60,296 nt of DNA from an uncultured Gammaproteobacteria bacterium. Lineage in GTDB: Bacteria > Patescibacteriota > Patescibacteriia > Magasanikbacterales > GWA2-37-8. Shown here one piece after another: positions 36,282-45,142 of this stretch (positions are counted from its first letter, which is position 1; the number at the start of each line of letters is the position of its first letter). The translations under genes were made by a program, and so were the position numbers. Below the pieces are notes generated by a model. The model saw nothing but the letters and a program-made list of their open reading frames with translations, searched no databases and was not told where the DNA came from. Location: positions 1 through 60,296 of the forward strand of contig CAZUWJ010000002.1 in NCBI GenBank assembly GCA_964624315.1. Reading direction: 5' to 3'.

Positions 36282-36313
36282 AAAAATCCCTCTTTAATCA
36301 GAGGGATTTTTAT
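36282..36313. terminator. bidirectional intrinsic terminator
   Basis: ATCCCTCT-TTAATC-AGAGGGAT flanked by A5 and T5. Confidence 0.7.
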
Positions 36314-36671
36314 TATTATTTTTTTCAAATATTATTGTCATCTCATCCACAAAACTATCTAACTGTTGCAATCTCTTTCTTACTCGCAATAAATCTGGGG
36401 ATGATTTGTTCAAATCACTAGCAACTTTAGTAAACAGCTTATCATTCGCCGTATTATTTTCTAAAGCACTATAAAATTCATCCAAATTATTTGAATGTAC
36501 TTTATATTTTTCCAACATTACTAAATAATTAGACTTTACTACTTCTAACAATTTATCTAAAGATTCTTTTTTTTGTTCTTGGGTCAAACTTAACCATCCA
36601 TCTTCTGGTTTACTTTGTGCTTTCTTTTCTGACATTGACACAGGATAATAGCCAAAATATTCTCCTATCAT
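36294..36671 (-). CDS. hypothetical protein
   Basis: 125-aa ORF immediately downstream of the YibE/F-like gene. Confidence 0.45.
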   Translation of the reverse strand: MIGEYFGYYPVSMSEKKAQSKPEDGWLSLTQEQKKESLDKLLEVVKSNYLVMLEKYKVHSNNLDEFYSALENNTANDKLFTKVASDLNKSSPDLLRVRKRLQQLDSFVDEMTIIFEKNNNKNPSD

Positions 36672-36672
36672 A

Positions 36673-37761
36673 TTATTTTTTAAAATTAACTGCTAAATAA
36701 GTGGACACTGGTAAAGATATAGCCACCCCAATCGCACCAATCAAAGATCTGACTACTTCAGTGGCAATGACTTCTTTATTTACAACCTGCAAAAACCCCA
36801 GCCCTTGACCATTTAAACCAAAGAGTAATAATAGTGGTAAAGAAGCTCCGGCATAGGCCAAAAATAACGTATTTATCATGGCTCCAAAATGAGCCCTGCC
36901 AACTGACAAAGACATCTCCCAAACTTGTTTATTCGTCAAGTCTTTATTAGCTAATCTAATATTTTCTACTATCTCTATTTGATTTATAACTACGTCATCC
37001 AAAGCACCAACTGTGCCAATAATTATCCCCGCTAATAATAAACCTTGAAAATTAATCTGCTCTTTAAAACTACCTATAAGAAAAATAGCATCTTCTTGAG
37101 CCAACCCAGTTAACCTGGCAAGTTTTGTAAAAACAATAGACAAAATTAAAACAAAACTTAAAGTTATAAAAAGGCTTAGGATTCCCAAATGACTTTTTTT
37201 ATTAAAACCTTCAGTTAAATACACCAAGATAGTTAGTATAATTAACCCCCCGACAGTACTAACCAAAACTGGATCATAACCCGAAATTATAAACGGGATT
37301 ATTAATTTCATTATTATAAATAAACTTATTCCCAAGCTAACCAGCGACATCAACCCTTTTTTCCTCCCAACTAATATTACTAATAGTATAAAAATAAGAG
37401 CCAACAGATAGAGCGAACCACGCCTGACATAATCAATTATAAAATATTCTCGCTCACCATCACCTTCAACATAATTAACCAAAACTTTGTCCCCCACCCG
37501 ATAATGATACGCTAACAAAACTCTTATATCAGAAATCCCATAAAAATCAAACTCAACATCTTTTAAATCCCCTTTTAAACCAACCAAGTGTAAATTCTGC
37601 TGAGTTATTTTTTTACCATCTTGAAAAACATCTTTTTCATTCAACACTTTAACCACGCGGGCTTCATATAAATTATCATAACTAAAAGCTTGTTCTGCTC
37701 GCACCAATACAGGAACACTCAAAAACAAAGTTACTAAAACAAAATACAATATTTTTTTCAT
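36673..37761 (-). CDS. YibE/F-like polytopic membrane protein
   Basis: 362 aa: a signal/TM helix, an extracytoplasmic N-domain and about 7 TM helices. The family assignment is tentative. Confidence 0.5.
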   Translation of the reverse strand: MKKILYFVLVTLFLSVPVLVRAEQAFSYDNLYEARVVKVLNEKDVFQDGKKITQQNLHLVGLKGDLKDVEFDFYGISDIRVLLAYHYRVGDKVLVNYVEGDGEREYFIIDYVRRGSLYLLALIFILLVILVGRKKGLMSLVSLGISLFIIMKLIIPFIISGYDPVLVSTVGGLIILTILVYLTEGFNKKSHLGILSLFITLSFVLILSIVFTKLARLTGLAQEDAIFLIGSFKEQINFQGLLLAGIIIGTVGALDDVVINQIEIVENIRLANKDLTNKQVWEMSLSVGRAHFGAMINTLFLAYAGASLPLLLLFGLNGQGLGFLQVVNKEVIATEVVRSLIGAIGVAISLPVSTYLAVNFKK

Positions 37762-37823
37762 ACACCACTATTCTACCACAATTTTACTTTTTTTAAAAAA
37801 AGGGTATAATAAACATATAATAT

Positions 37824-38051
37824 ATGGACTTTCAACAAAAAACAATTGAATCTTTTTTTGAGGAACACGGTGTTAAAAATCCTGACAAAAAAGCCAAGCT
37901 ACTACCAATCCTAACTGGGATTATTTATGATTATAATATGGAGGTAGTAAACTACGGAAAAGAACAGGACGAATACAAGAAAAATCAAGCAATGGAAGGA
38001 ATAAAAGAACTTGAGCAAAAAATCACCGATATTTTCACAGAAGAAAAATAA
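37824..38051 (+). CDS. hypothetical small protein
   Basis: 75-aa ORF upstream of gpmI. Confidence 0.4.
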   Translation: MDFQQKTIESFFEEHGVKNPDKKAKLLPILTGIIYDYNMEVVNYGKEQDEYKKNQAMEGIKELEQKITDIFTEEK

Positions 38052-38065
38052 ACTTAGATAAAATT

Positions 38066-39640
38066 ATGCCTAATAAATTTAGACCTGCAGTTTTGATTAT
38101 TCTAGATGGTTTTGGGATTGCTCCCCCTGACAATGGAAATGCAATATCTTTGGCTAAAAAGCCTTTTTTTGATTCTTTAATAACGAACTACCCAACAGTG
38201 CTCTTGGAAGCTTCTGGCTTAAGTGTTGGTTTACCTCGCAATGAGGTGGGTAATTCTGAAGTTGGGCATTTGACTATTGGCTCTGGTATTTTGCGTTATC
38301 AAAATTTACCAAGAATAGATCGTTCTATATCAACTGGTAAATTCTTTAAAATAAATGATTTAGAAAACGCTTTTAAAAAGGTTAAAAAAACAAAATGTAA
38401 ATTACATCTTGTCGGGCTTTTGGGCAACGGTGGAGTTCATGCTTCTCAAGAACATTTGGAAGCTTTGATAACCATGTCCAAAAAAAATAAAATCTGGAAA
38501 AGAACTTTTATCCATGGATTTTTGGATGGGCGCGACACTGCCAAAAATGACGGTTTAAAATTAGTTAAAAAATTAGTAGAATTTGCGGACGGAGATGAAA
38601 ACATCGCCTCTTTGAGTGGCAGATTCTATGGTATGGACAGAAATAGAAACTGGGACAGAACAGCCAAAGCCTACGAAGCCATCGTTAACGGCGTGGCTCA
38701 AAACAAAAAAAGAAACCCTCTGAAGACAATCCAAAAATCATACGACAAAAAAATCTATGACGAAGAATTTGAACCAACTGTTTTTACAACTCGTTTTGGA
38801 AAACCAAAAGCCGTGGTTGAAGATTCTGATGTAGTAATATTTTTTAATTTTAGATCTGATAGGGCTAGGCAACTTACTGAAAGTTTAACTCAACCAGATT
38901 TTGATAAATTTCCAACAAAAAAATTAGAAAAATTAGAAATGGTTACTTTTACTGAATATGAAAAAGGATTATCCCCCAAAGTATTGTTTCCTACTGAAAT
39001 AATCCAAAATCCACTAGCCAAAATTTTTAGTGATTATAATTTAAAACAGCTTCACATTGCTGAAACTGAAAAATATGCCCATGTTACTTTCTTTTTAAAT
39101 GGCAGGCAAGAAGAAAAATTTTCTGGAGAAGACAGACTTTTAATACCATCTCCCAATGTCTCTACTTATGATGAGTCCCCGGACATGTCAGCCAAAAAAA
39201 TAACTGATAGTATTTTAAAAGCTTTAAAACAAGATACCTACGATTTTGTAGTAATAAACTATGCTAACCCAGACATGGTTGGACATACTGGCAATTTACA
39301 GGCCACCATACAGGCAATTGAGACCACTGATCAATGTTTATCTAAAGTAGTAAAAGAAGTGGTTAAGAAGGGCGGAATAGCCTTTGTAGTGGCTGACCAC
39401 GGTAATGCCGAGGTAATGATCAACCTTGCAACTGGACAGGAGGATAAAGAACATAACCCTTATCCAGTGCCGTTTATAATGGTTTCAAATAGTTCGGCCG
39501 GACAAAATAATAAAGATATTTTTAAAAACGACTTATCAACTCTAAACCCAGTTGGAATTTTGGCTGATATTGCTCCAACTATTCTAAAAAATATTGATTT
39601 AACCCCTCCTCCAGAAATGACCGGAATTAATTTGTTTTAA
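38066..39640 (+). CDS. gpmI: 2,3-bisphosphoglycerate-independent phosphoglycerate mutase
   Basis: 524 aa with ILDGFG, GNSEVGH and ADHGNAE motifs. Confidence 0.92.
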   Translation: MPNKFRPAVLIILDGFGIAPPDNGNAISLAKKPFFDSLITNYPTVLLEASGLSVGLPRNEVGNSEVGHLTIGSGILRYQNLPRIDRSISTGKFFKINDLENAFKKVKKTKCKLHLVGLLGNGGVHASQEHLEALITMSKKNKIWKRTFIHGFLDGRDTAKNDGLKLVKKLVEFADGDENIASLSGRFYGMDRNRNWDRTAKAYEAIVNGVAQNKKRNPLKTIQKSYDKKIYDEEFEPTVFTTRFGKPKAVVEDSDVVIFFNFRSDRARQLTESLTQPDFDKFPTKKLEKLEMVTFTEYEKGLSPKVLFPTEIIQNPLAKIFSDYNLKQLHIAETEKYAHVTFFLNGRQEEKFSGEDRLLIPSPNVSTYDESPDMSAKKITDSILKALKQDTYDFVVINYANPDMVGHTGNLQATIQAIETTDQCLSKVVKEVVKKGGIAFVVADHGNAEVMINLATGQEDKEHNPYPVPFIMVSNSSAGQNNKDIFKNDLSTLNPVGILADIAPTILKNIDLTPPPEMTGINLF

Positions 39641-39731
39641 AAATCAATTTTTTAACACTTGCATTTTTTAAGTAAGTTTGTTATTATCCAGAAAATAAGT
39701 CAATACAAAAATCTGAGCAAAGGAGCACATT

Positions 39732-40016
39732 ATGCCCAGAAAAAAATGGGTCGCCCTAACATGGGAAAACTTTATGGCTGGACAGTCCAGATGTCCCTAC
39801 TGCGAAGAAATATCAATGGTATTACCTGCCGCAAACGTAAAAATTAGCGACGTAGAATGTCGCCATTGTCAAAGAACCTATCTCATTATAAGCGACGAAC
39901 TTCCCACAATGTCCATACCCTCAACATTTGTAAGTTATGTTCTCGCCACCAACACAGCCAACAAAACAGTTCTCAAACCAAAACGTAATGGCCGACACTA
40001 CGTTTTGAACAATTAA
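39732..40016 (+). CDS. 94-aa zinc-ribbon protein
   Basis: CPYC...X18...CRHC. AAGGAGCAC RBS context 3 nt before the ATG. Locally GC-elevated. Confidence 0.5.
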   Translation: MPRKKWVALTWENFMAGQSRCPYCEEISMVLPAANVKISDVECRHCQRTYLIISDELPTMSIPSTFVSYVLATNTANKTVLKPKRNGRHYVLNN

Positions 40017-40037
40017 AAAACGTTCCACCCATTTATA

Positions 40038-40070
40038 CCCCTCGCAGACAAGTGTCTGCCGGGGTTTTTT
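40038..40070. terminator. intrinsic terminator
   Basis: CCCCTCGCAGACA-AG-TGTCTGCCGGGG followed by T6. Confidence 0.7.
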
Positions 40071-40236
40071 ATTTTTCCCAATCTGTGACTACCAAATCTT
40101 TACCCTTTCTTTTGACAACAACTTTTTGTCCATCCTTCCAGCCCAGCTCTCTCACCTCTAAGATTGGCATACTTATATAATAAGTATCTTTTATTTTTTG
40201 AATCTTTCTAATAGATTCGTCTTTTTGTCTGCCCAT
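40069..40236 (-). CDS. AbrB/MazE/SpoVT-type small DNA-binding protein (antitoxin-like)
   Basis: 55-aa ORF missed by the track: MGRQKDESIRKIQKIKDTYYISMPILEVRELGWKDGQKVVVKRKGKDLVVTDWEK. It fits the looped-hinge-helix pattern (..tIPkev.e.lg.k.Gd.v.v...g..i). Confidence 0.55.
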   Translation of the reverse strand: MGRQKDESIRKIQKIKDTYYISMPILEVRELGWKDGQKVVVKRKGKDLVVTDWEK

Positions 40237-40260
40237 ACATTATATATTTATTATTAAAAG

Positions 40261-40296
40261 AAACTACAGTTTAAACTATAGTTAAAACTACAGTTT
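40261..40296. promoter_or_regulatory. three tandem AAACTnnAGTTT palindromes (operator candidate)
   Basis: AAACTACAGTTT (40261-40272), AAACTATAGTT (40273-40283) and AAACTACAGTTT (40285-40296). They lie just downstream of the minus-strand TGATATAAT at 40301-40309. Confidence 0.5.
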
Positions 40297-40376
40297 CTTT
40301 ATTATATCATAATGTAGAAAAACAAAAAAGCCCCATTTATTCCCACCACCAAGGTGAATAATAAACAGGGCAAACC

Positions 40377-40880
40377 TTAAATCTGTTTTACCACGAAGGA
40401 GTCCTGCTCCCACATGGTACACCCTCTGTCACATTCATTCTTAACCCACTTTTGGGCATCTTCATGCCAGTCTAGAAAAGTGACACCTCCCTTGCCGTAT
40501 TTCTTTACATTAGGATCCTGACTGAAAACCTCCGGATACCACTCCGGGAAAACTATGTCTTTCCCTTTGAGGTTTTTAGGAATCTCCCCCTGATGTTCCA
40601 GCCAATATTCGCCGTGCTCAGCGCTCCCGCTGGCTCCAACTTCTATGGCACGATTCATAAACTCTACCCGAAGATAGGACTCTCCGGCCTGTAAAGGCGA
40701 AAATACCCGATAAGAACGGTCGGAAAAGATGACCTTATCTGGCACGGCAGTTTTGCGAAGCTCTTTACAAAACTCTTCAACCAGGTAAAAATTTCCCGGC
40801 TTTAATAATTCTGCAAAAAGAGCATCCCCGAGCTCTTCTAACAATATAAAAACCTTTCTCACACCTTCAAATGCTCGCAT
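40377..40880 (-). CDS. hypothetical 167-aa protein (GC-elevated orphan)
   Basis: Start trimmed to ATG 40880, 6 nt after GGAGG. Hand count 29/60 GC at 40561-40620. No recognisable motif. Confidence 0.55.
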   Translation of the reverse strand: MRAFEGVRKVFILLEELGDALFAELLKPGNFYLVEEFCKELRKTAVPDKVIFSDRSYRVFSPLQAGESYLRVEFMNRAIEVGASGSAEHGEYWLEHQGEIPKNLKGKDIVFPEWYPEVFSQDPNVKKYGKGGVTFLDWHEDAQKWVKNECDRGCTMWEQDSFVVKQI

Positions 40881-41108
40881 TTTATGCCTCCGAATGAACA
40901 CTTTGCCATTATAGCAAAAAAAGGGTAAGGGATGACTAGTCCTCTTATAGCCTTTTTTGTATTTATTTTTTAAATACTCACAAAAAAAACTATAAGTAAT
41001 ATTTTTTAAAGAACAAATATAATAAATTATATTAACACAAATACCTAAACTTGTCAATAATACAATCTGGTCTAAACTGACGCTAACTAAAGTCTCAAAA
41101 AAACTTTA

Positions 41109-41148
41109 TCCCCGAATATGCCAGTACTATTCGGGGGCTTTTATTTTT
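41109..41148. terminator. intrinsic terminator downstream of the methyltransferase gene
   Basis: CCCCGAATA...TATTCGGGG flanked by A- and T-runs. Confidence 0.6.
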
Positions 41149-41217
41149 TAAATACAAAAAAACACCAACAAGGTATTTTTTAGAACAAAATTAAAATGTA
41201 TTTAACTTAAATATGTA

Positions 41218-42054
41218 CTAACCTTTTACACCAAAAATAACAACGTATCGAGAAAGAAATTTCAAAAACGGCAAATACTTCAAAAGTTTTTCATCAAAAT
41301 TTTGTAACGTTTTGTTCATTTTTTCTTTTCTTGTTTCAAGATCTCTTTCTTTCTTGTAATAATGATCCGCCAAAAACAAAAATAGCGGTTTAACTTTATA
41401 AACGAACGGACTAAATATACGGTAAGGCCTATATTCAGTATTTGTAAAAAAAGTACTTATTAATTTCAAATCATTAATCATAAGTATCCTTTCTGTCGAC
41501 GTTTCTTGACGTATTGGATATAGTTTAATAAAAAATTTTGAAGTACGAAAATTTTGTATCATAGTTGAAAAAGCCAACGGCTCAATAGCAACAAATATCC
41601 CCCTGATTTTTAACACGCGCTTAAACTCTTTTAAAGCTATATCAATCTCAAGGTGATGTAGTGAAACGTTAATAAAAACTATATCAAAAAAATTATCTTC
41701 AAATGACGTTTGTTCTGCTGGGCAAGCATAAAAATGAGTATTATTTTGTGTATTATTTTCAGCTGATCTACGTTCGGCTATTTTTATACTCTCATCGCTT
41801 ATATCTACTCCGTAAACTTCTGCGCCGTTCTTTGCAAACCAAACACTCAACTCGCCATTCCCGCAACCAATCTCAAGGATTTTTTTACCAGCAACATTTT
41901 TCAAATATTTTTTTGCACCATCCAATAGATCGCTACTATAATTCGCGAAGGGTGGTTTATCTTTATTTATAAACAAAGCCTTGCCGTCCCATTTTTCATG
42001 CACAAGGGAATTAAAACAATCCCTTTCAATTTTTTGCTTATTAGTAAAATCCAT
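41218..42054 (-). CDS. class I SAM-dependent methyltransferase
   Basis: 278 aa with motif I ILEIGCGNGELS and VYGVDIS. Confidence 0.8.
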   Translation of the reverse strand: MDFTNKQKIERDCFNSLVHEKWDGKALFINKDKPPFANYSSDLLDGAKKYLKNVAGKKILEIGCGNGELSVWFAKNGAEVYGVDISDESIKIAERRSAENNTQNNTHFYACPAEQTSFEDNFFDIVFINVSLHHLEIDIALKEFKRVLKIRGIFVAIEPLAFSTMIQNFRTSKFFIKLYPIRQETSTERILMINDLKLISTFFTNTEYRPYRIFSPFVYKVKPLFLFLADHYYKKERDLETRKEKMNKTLQNFDEKLLKYLPFLKFLSRYVVIFGVKG

Positions 42055-42144
42055 AACAATTAAATATAGCGGTTAATAATCATACCACCTATTATAGCGA
42101 AACGTGGGTATTTTGTCGAAGTAAAATTTCCAAAATCAAACAAT

Positions 42145-43071
42145 TTATTGCAATAACCATTTTATACTCTTTTTATAAACTTGCAAAACAAACCAACTCC
42201 ATTTATTTTTTCTTCCCTCGTCTGCTTGATTTAAAGCATTAAAATATTTTTGTCTATTTTGATATAAAAACAAAATAGGTGGATAATTATAATCAAATAA
42301 TATCCAATCAAAAAGCAATCTACCGACTCTCCCATTGCCGTCTTCAAACGGATGAATAATCTCAAATCTTTGATGAAAATCCGCAGCTAAATTTAAAGGA
42401 TGCAAATTCTTTTTTTTGGAATCTTTATACCAATCTAATAAAATTTTCATTTCAAATCTAACTTTTCCTGGCTCTGTAGTAGATTTATTATTTACAATTA
42501 TTTCTTTTTTCTTATATCCTACATTTATCCCCAAACCATTAACTAACAACTTATGTAAATTAATTATTTGATGTTGATTTAATTTAAATTTTTTACTTCT
42601 TATCAGATCAAATGCCTTTATAGAGTTTCTTACTTCTTTTATTTCTCTTTTTTCAATCGTCTTTTTTATATATTCTTTTTTAATAATTGAATTAACCTCT
42701 TTTGGACTCAGTTTACTACCCTCAATAGCGTTTGATTCAAAAATAAACTGGACAGCGTATCGTGTCCATAGCCTCGTCTTTTCAAAATTAGATAATTCTA
42801 AAATTTTATATTTAAAATCTATTCTTAAATTTTCTATCTTTTCCAATTGTTCTACACTAAATATTTCGCTAACATAAAACATTTTACTTAAATTTTCTTT
42901 TATCAACCTCTTTTCTTTTTTAGACAAATCTAAATAATATTGACTCAAATTTTTAGGTATAATTTTACCTAAATAAACCTGTATTTTTTCTGTTTTTTTA
43001 TTTATTCTTAATTGCTCATTTAAATAGAAATATGGCTTACCTTGAATAAATTTCTTATATATTTTAGGCAT
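42145..43071 (-). CDS. Fic/DOC family protein (class II, N-terminal inhibitory motif)
   Basis: Fic motif [12 protein letters not shown], and SNAIEG matching [ST]xxxE[GN]. Confidence 0.85.
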   Translation of the reverse strand: MPKIYKKFIQGKPYFYLNEQLRINKKTEKIQVYLGKIIPKNLSQYYLDLSKKEKRLIKENLSKMFYVSEIFSVEQLEKIENLRIDFKYKILELSNFEKTRLWTRYAVQFIFESNAIEGSKLSPKEVNSIIKKEYIKKTIEKREIKEVRNSIKAFDLIRSKKFKLNQHQIINLHKLLVNGLGINVGYKKKEIIVNNKSTTEPGKVRFEMKILLDWYKDSKKKNLHPLNLAADFHQRFEIIHPFEDGNGRVGRLLFDWILFDYNYPPILFLYQNRQKYFNALNQADEGRKNKWSWFVLQVYKKSIKWLLQ

Positions 43072-43152
43072 ATTTATTAGGGTTAACTTTTACCTACTTA
43101 TTATAACATCAACTTATTTAAAATACAACGTGGATAACTGGGTATAAGTAAA

Positions 43153-43178
43153 AAAACTCCTTTTCAGGAGTTTTTTTA
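43153..43178. terminator. intrinsic terminator downstream of the tRNA pair
   Basis: AAAAAACTCC-TTTTC-AGGAGTTTTTTT. Confidence 0.7.
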
Positions 43179-43182
43179 CTTG

Positions 43183-43256
43183 TCGGGGTGAAAGGACTCG
43201 AACCTTCGGCCTCATCGTCCCAAACGACGCGCTCTAGCCAACTGAGCTACACCCCG
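43183..43256 (-). tRNA. tRNA-Pro (UGG)
   Basis: Hand-folded cloverleaf: acceptor CGGGGTG/CACCCCG, anticodon loop UUUGGGA, T-loop TTCGAGT. No encoded CCA. Confidence 0.9.
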
Positions 43257-43319
43257 CCTTCGCTAAAGCTACGGCGGACAAACCCGCTTAAGCTTATGGT
43301 ATTTTAATTTTAACACCAG

Positions 43320-43391
43320 TGCCGAGGGCGAGAATTGAACTCGCGACACGAGGATTTTCAGTCCTCTGCTCTACCACTGAGCTACCTCGGC
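43320..43391 (-). tRNA. tRNA-Phe (GAA)
   Basis: Acceptor GCCGAGG/CCTCGGC, anticodon loop CUGAAAA, T-loop TTCAATT. No encoded CCA. Confidence 0.9.
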
Positions 43392-43493
43392 TAATACCAA
43401 CTAATTACATCTAATTAACTAACGATAAGAAGTATAACAAAAACCAAAAAAAAAATCAATAGTTAGACCAAACTTAACATCTAAACAAAAAAA

Positions 43494-43522
43494 TCCCCGC
43501 ATACACGATGCGAGGACTGTTA
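43494..43522 (-). terminator. intrinsic terminator after the two-gene module
   Basis: Minus strand: CCTCGCAT-CGTGT-ATGCGGGG followed by T7. Confidence 0.65.
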
Positions 43523-43550
43523 ATAACAAAATAAAAATTAGAGAACAAAC

Positions 43551-44096
43551 TTAGAGAGCAGATAAAACCTTTTGAATTCCATTCCAGTAAATCACCGGAG
43601 TTTCAACCTCTCCAAATTGACCAGTATGCCAATCCGTAACTCTACCATCCACTACAACACCCGCTCCGGTTATTTCATCAAAATAGACATCATTAGTATC
43701 TGCCCATTTTTCAAACAACTTCACCATGTCATAGTGGTCTTTAATAGCCTTGTCACTGATAATCAGCAAGGGGGCTACCGGACCATTCACAGCCGCTTCC
43801 TTCCAAAAAACAAACTTACGAGAATCACGACCATGCATATTACTATCAAATAGCACCCACTCTTCTTCTAATATCATGACATAGACAACAGCGTTGTCTA
43901 ACGAGATATCTTTTTCTCCATCAGTTGGCAGATTCTCTTTAGGAATCTCTTCTTCGCCGTGCTTTCCCTTGCCCTTCCCCTTCTTAAAAAGAAAACCATA
44001 AACACGCAAGCCCCCAACCACAAGGGATAATACAACCAAAACGGCCAAAATATCCCCAAGGCTGATATTATCCACTAAAGACGCCGTGTTACTCAT
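43551..44096 (-). CDS. TM-anchored orphan protein B (181 aa)
   Basis: N-terminal TM helix (ILAVLVVLSLVVGGL), a KGKGKGK linker and a soluble C-domain. ATGA overlap with the upstream ORF. GC-elevated. Confidence 0.6.
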   Translation of the reverse strand: MSNTASLVDNISLGDILAVLVVLSLVVGGLRVYGFLFKKGKGKGKHGEEEIPKENLPTDGEKDISLDNAVVYVMILEEEWVLFDSNMHGRDSRKFVFWKEAAVNGPVAPLLIISDKAIKDHYDMVKLFEKWADTNDVYFDEITGAGVVVDGRVTDWHTGQFGEVETPVIYWNGIQKVLSAL

Positions 44097-44860
44097 AATT
44101 CACACCCCGTGAGAATCTTCTCGATCAGTGGCCTGTGAGAATACGGAGTCATAAAATTGAGGCCAACACTATCCCAAACTGCAACCTCCCCATTTTTCAT
44201 ATTACCAGCTACAACCAGTTTATAGTCTTCGTTAAGGAAAAATTTATAAACCAACATTTCGAGATCACGGTGACTATTATTATCCGGCCAGGCGCCACTT
44301 GCCAACAAAGCGTAAGGTGCATGATCTCCAGGACCACGTCTTACAACCTGAAACTTCCACACTTGCCCGGCGTGTTCCTTGGGATCATACTTAACCCATT
44401 TAGTCTGATCGTAAAAATGAGCTGATACCCCAAGACTTTCGGCCTTTACAAAAAACCAGAAATTTTCTTCGTCAAACAGAGTGTTTATACGTGGAACGTC
44501 CACCAAATCTGCATAACGATCACGCCAGGAAACTTCGACAAGAATCATTCTGTCACCTGGTCCTGTAACAGGAAGGTGCAAATCTTCGATGCTTTCTTCA
44601 AGAAGACTATCCGAAACCTGCTTAACCACCCAGCCCCCGCACCTCTCCCAGATGACCCAATACCCAAACAATTTCTTGAGTTCATAGCCGGCATGTTCTA
44701 ACATGCTGTTGAGTTCTATTTTAGCAACCCCTCGCCCCAGAGGAATTTTGCGGAGCCTTAATATTGCCACCCAATTTAGAATTAACGGCAATATAAACTG
44801 CAAAAAAACTATTATTGCAATAACCCCAACCACAATCTCAGTATCTGTAGGAAAACGCAT
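44093..44860 (-). CDS. TM-anchored orphan protein A (255 aa)
   Basis: N-terminal TM helix (IVVGVIAIIVFLQFILPLIL). Its C-terminal ~80 aa align by eye with protein B. Confidence 0.6.
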   Translation of the reverse strand: MRFPTDTEIVVGVIAIIVFLQFILPLILNWVAILRLRKIPLGRGVAKIELNSMLEHAGYELKKLFGYWVIWERCGGWVVKQVSDSLLEESIEDLHLPVTGPGDRMILVEVSWRDRYADLVDVPRINTLFDEENFWFFVKAESLGVSAHFYDQTKWVKYDPKEHAGQVWKFQVVRRGPGDHAPYALLASGAWPDNNSHRDLEMLVYKFFLNEDYKLVVAGNMKNGEVAVWDSVGLNFMTPYSHRPLIEKILTGCEL

Positions 44861-44922
44861 AACGACTACCTTTGTCTTTCTCTCTTTTTTTTCAAAGAGC
44901 TTTGTTACTATTTCTTTGTATA

Positions 44923-44950
44923 TACTATAAAATTAGATACAAAAAGTCAA
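44923..44950 (-). promoter_or_regulatory. promoter of the two-gene module
   Basis: Minus strand: TTGACT (44945-44950), 16-nt spacer, TAGTAT (44923-44928). Confidence 0.45.
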
Positions 44951-44986
44951 TTAAAAAAGACCTCTCAAAACAAGAAATCTTTTTAG

Positions 44987-45059
44987 TGGACCCGAGGAGA
45001 TTCGAACTCCTGACCTTCGCCTTGCAAAGGCGCTGCTCTACCAGCTGAGCCACGGGCCC
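44987..45059 (-). tRNA. tRNA-Ala (UGC)
   Basis: Acceptor GGGCCCG/CGGGTCC with the G3.U70 identity pair, anticodon loop UUUGCAA, T-loop TTCGAAT. No encoded CCA. Confidence 0.9.
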
Positions 45060-45142
45060 GTAATGTCTAATATTTTTATTTAAAACAGAATAAGTATACC
45101 AAATTATTAATATTTAGTCAATAAGAAAGTATCCATACTTTT

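Noticed and set aside
40881-41057. 59-codon N-terminal extension of the 167-aa orphan
   Set aside because: It is AT-rich and Cys/Tyr/Ile-rich. It contains promoter-like TTGACA, 17-nt spacer, TAATAT. A strong GGAGG RBS precedes the internal ATG at 40880.
43253-43272. tRNA-Pro-associated 20-mer as an integrase att site for the 43.5-44.9 kb module
   Set aside because: The shared sequence covers the tRNA 5' end and upstream flank rather than the usual 3' end. Its other copy (58709) is 15 kb away on the other side of unrelated core genes. No integrase is present.
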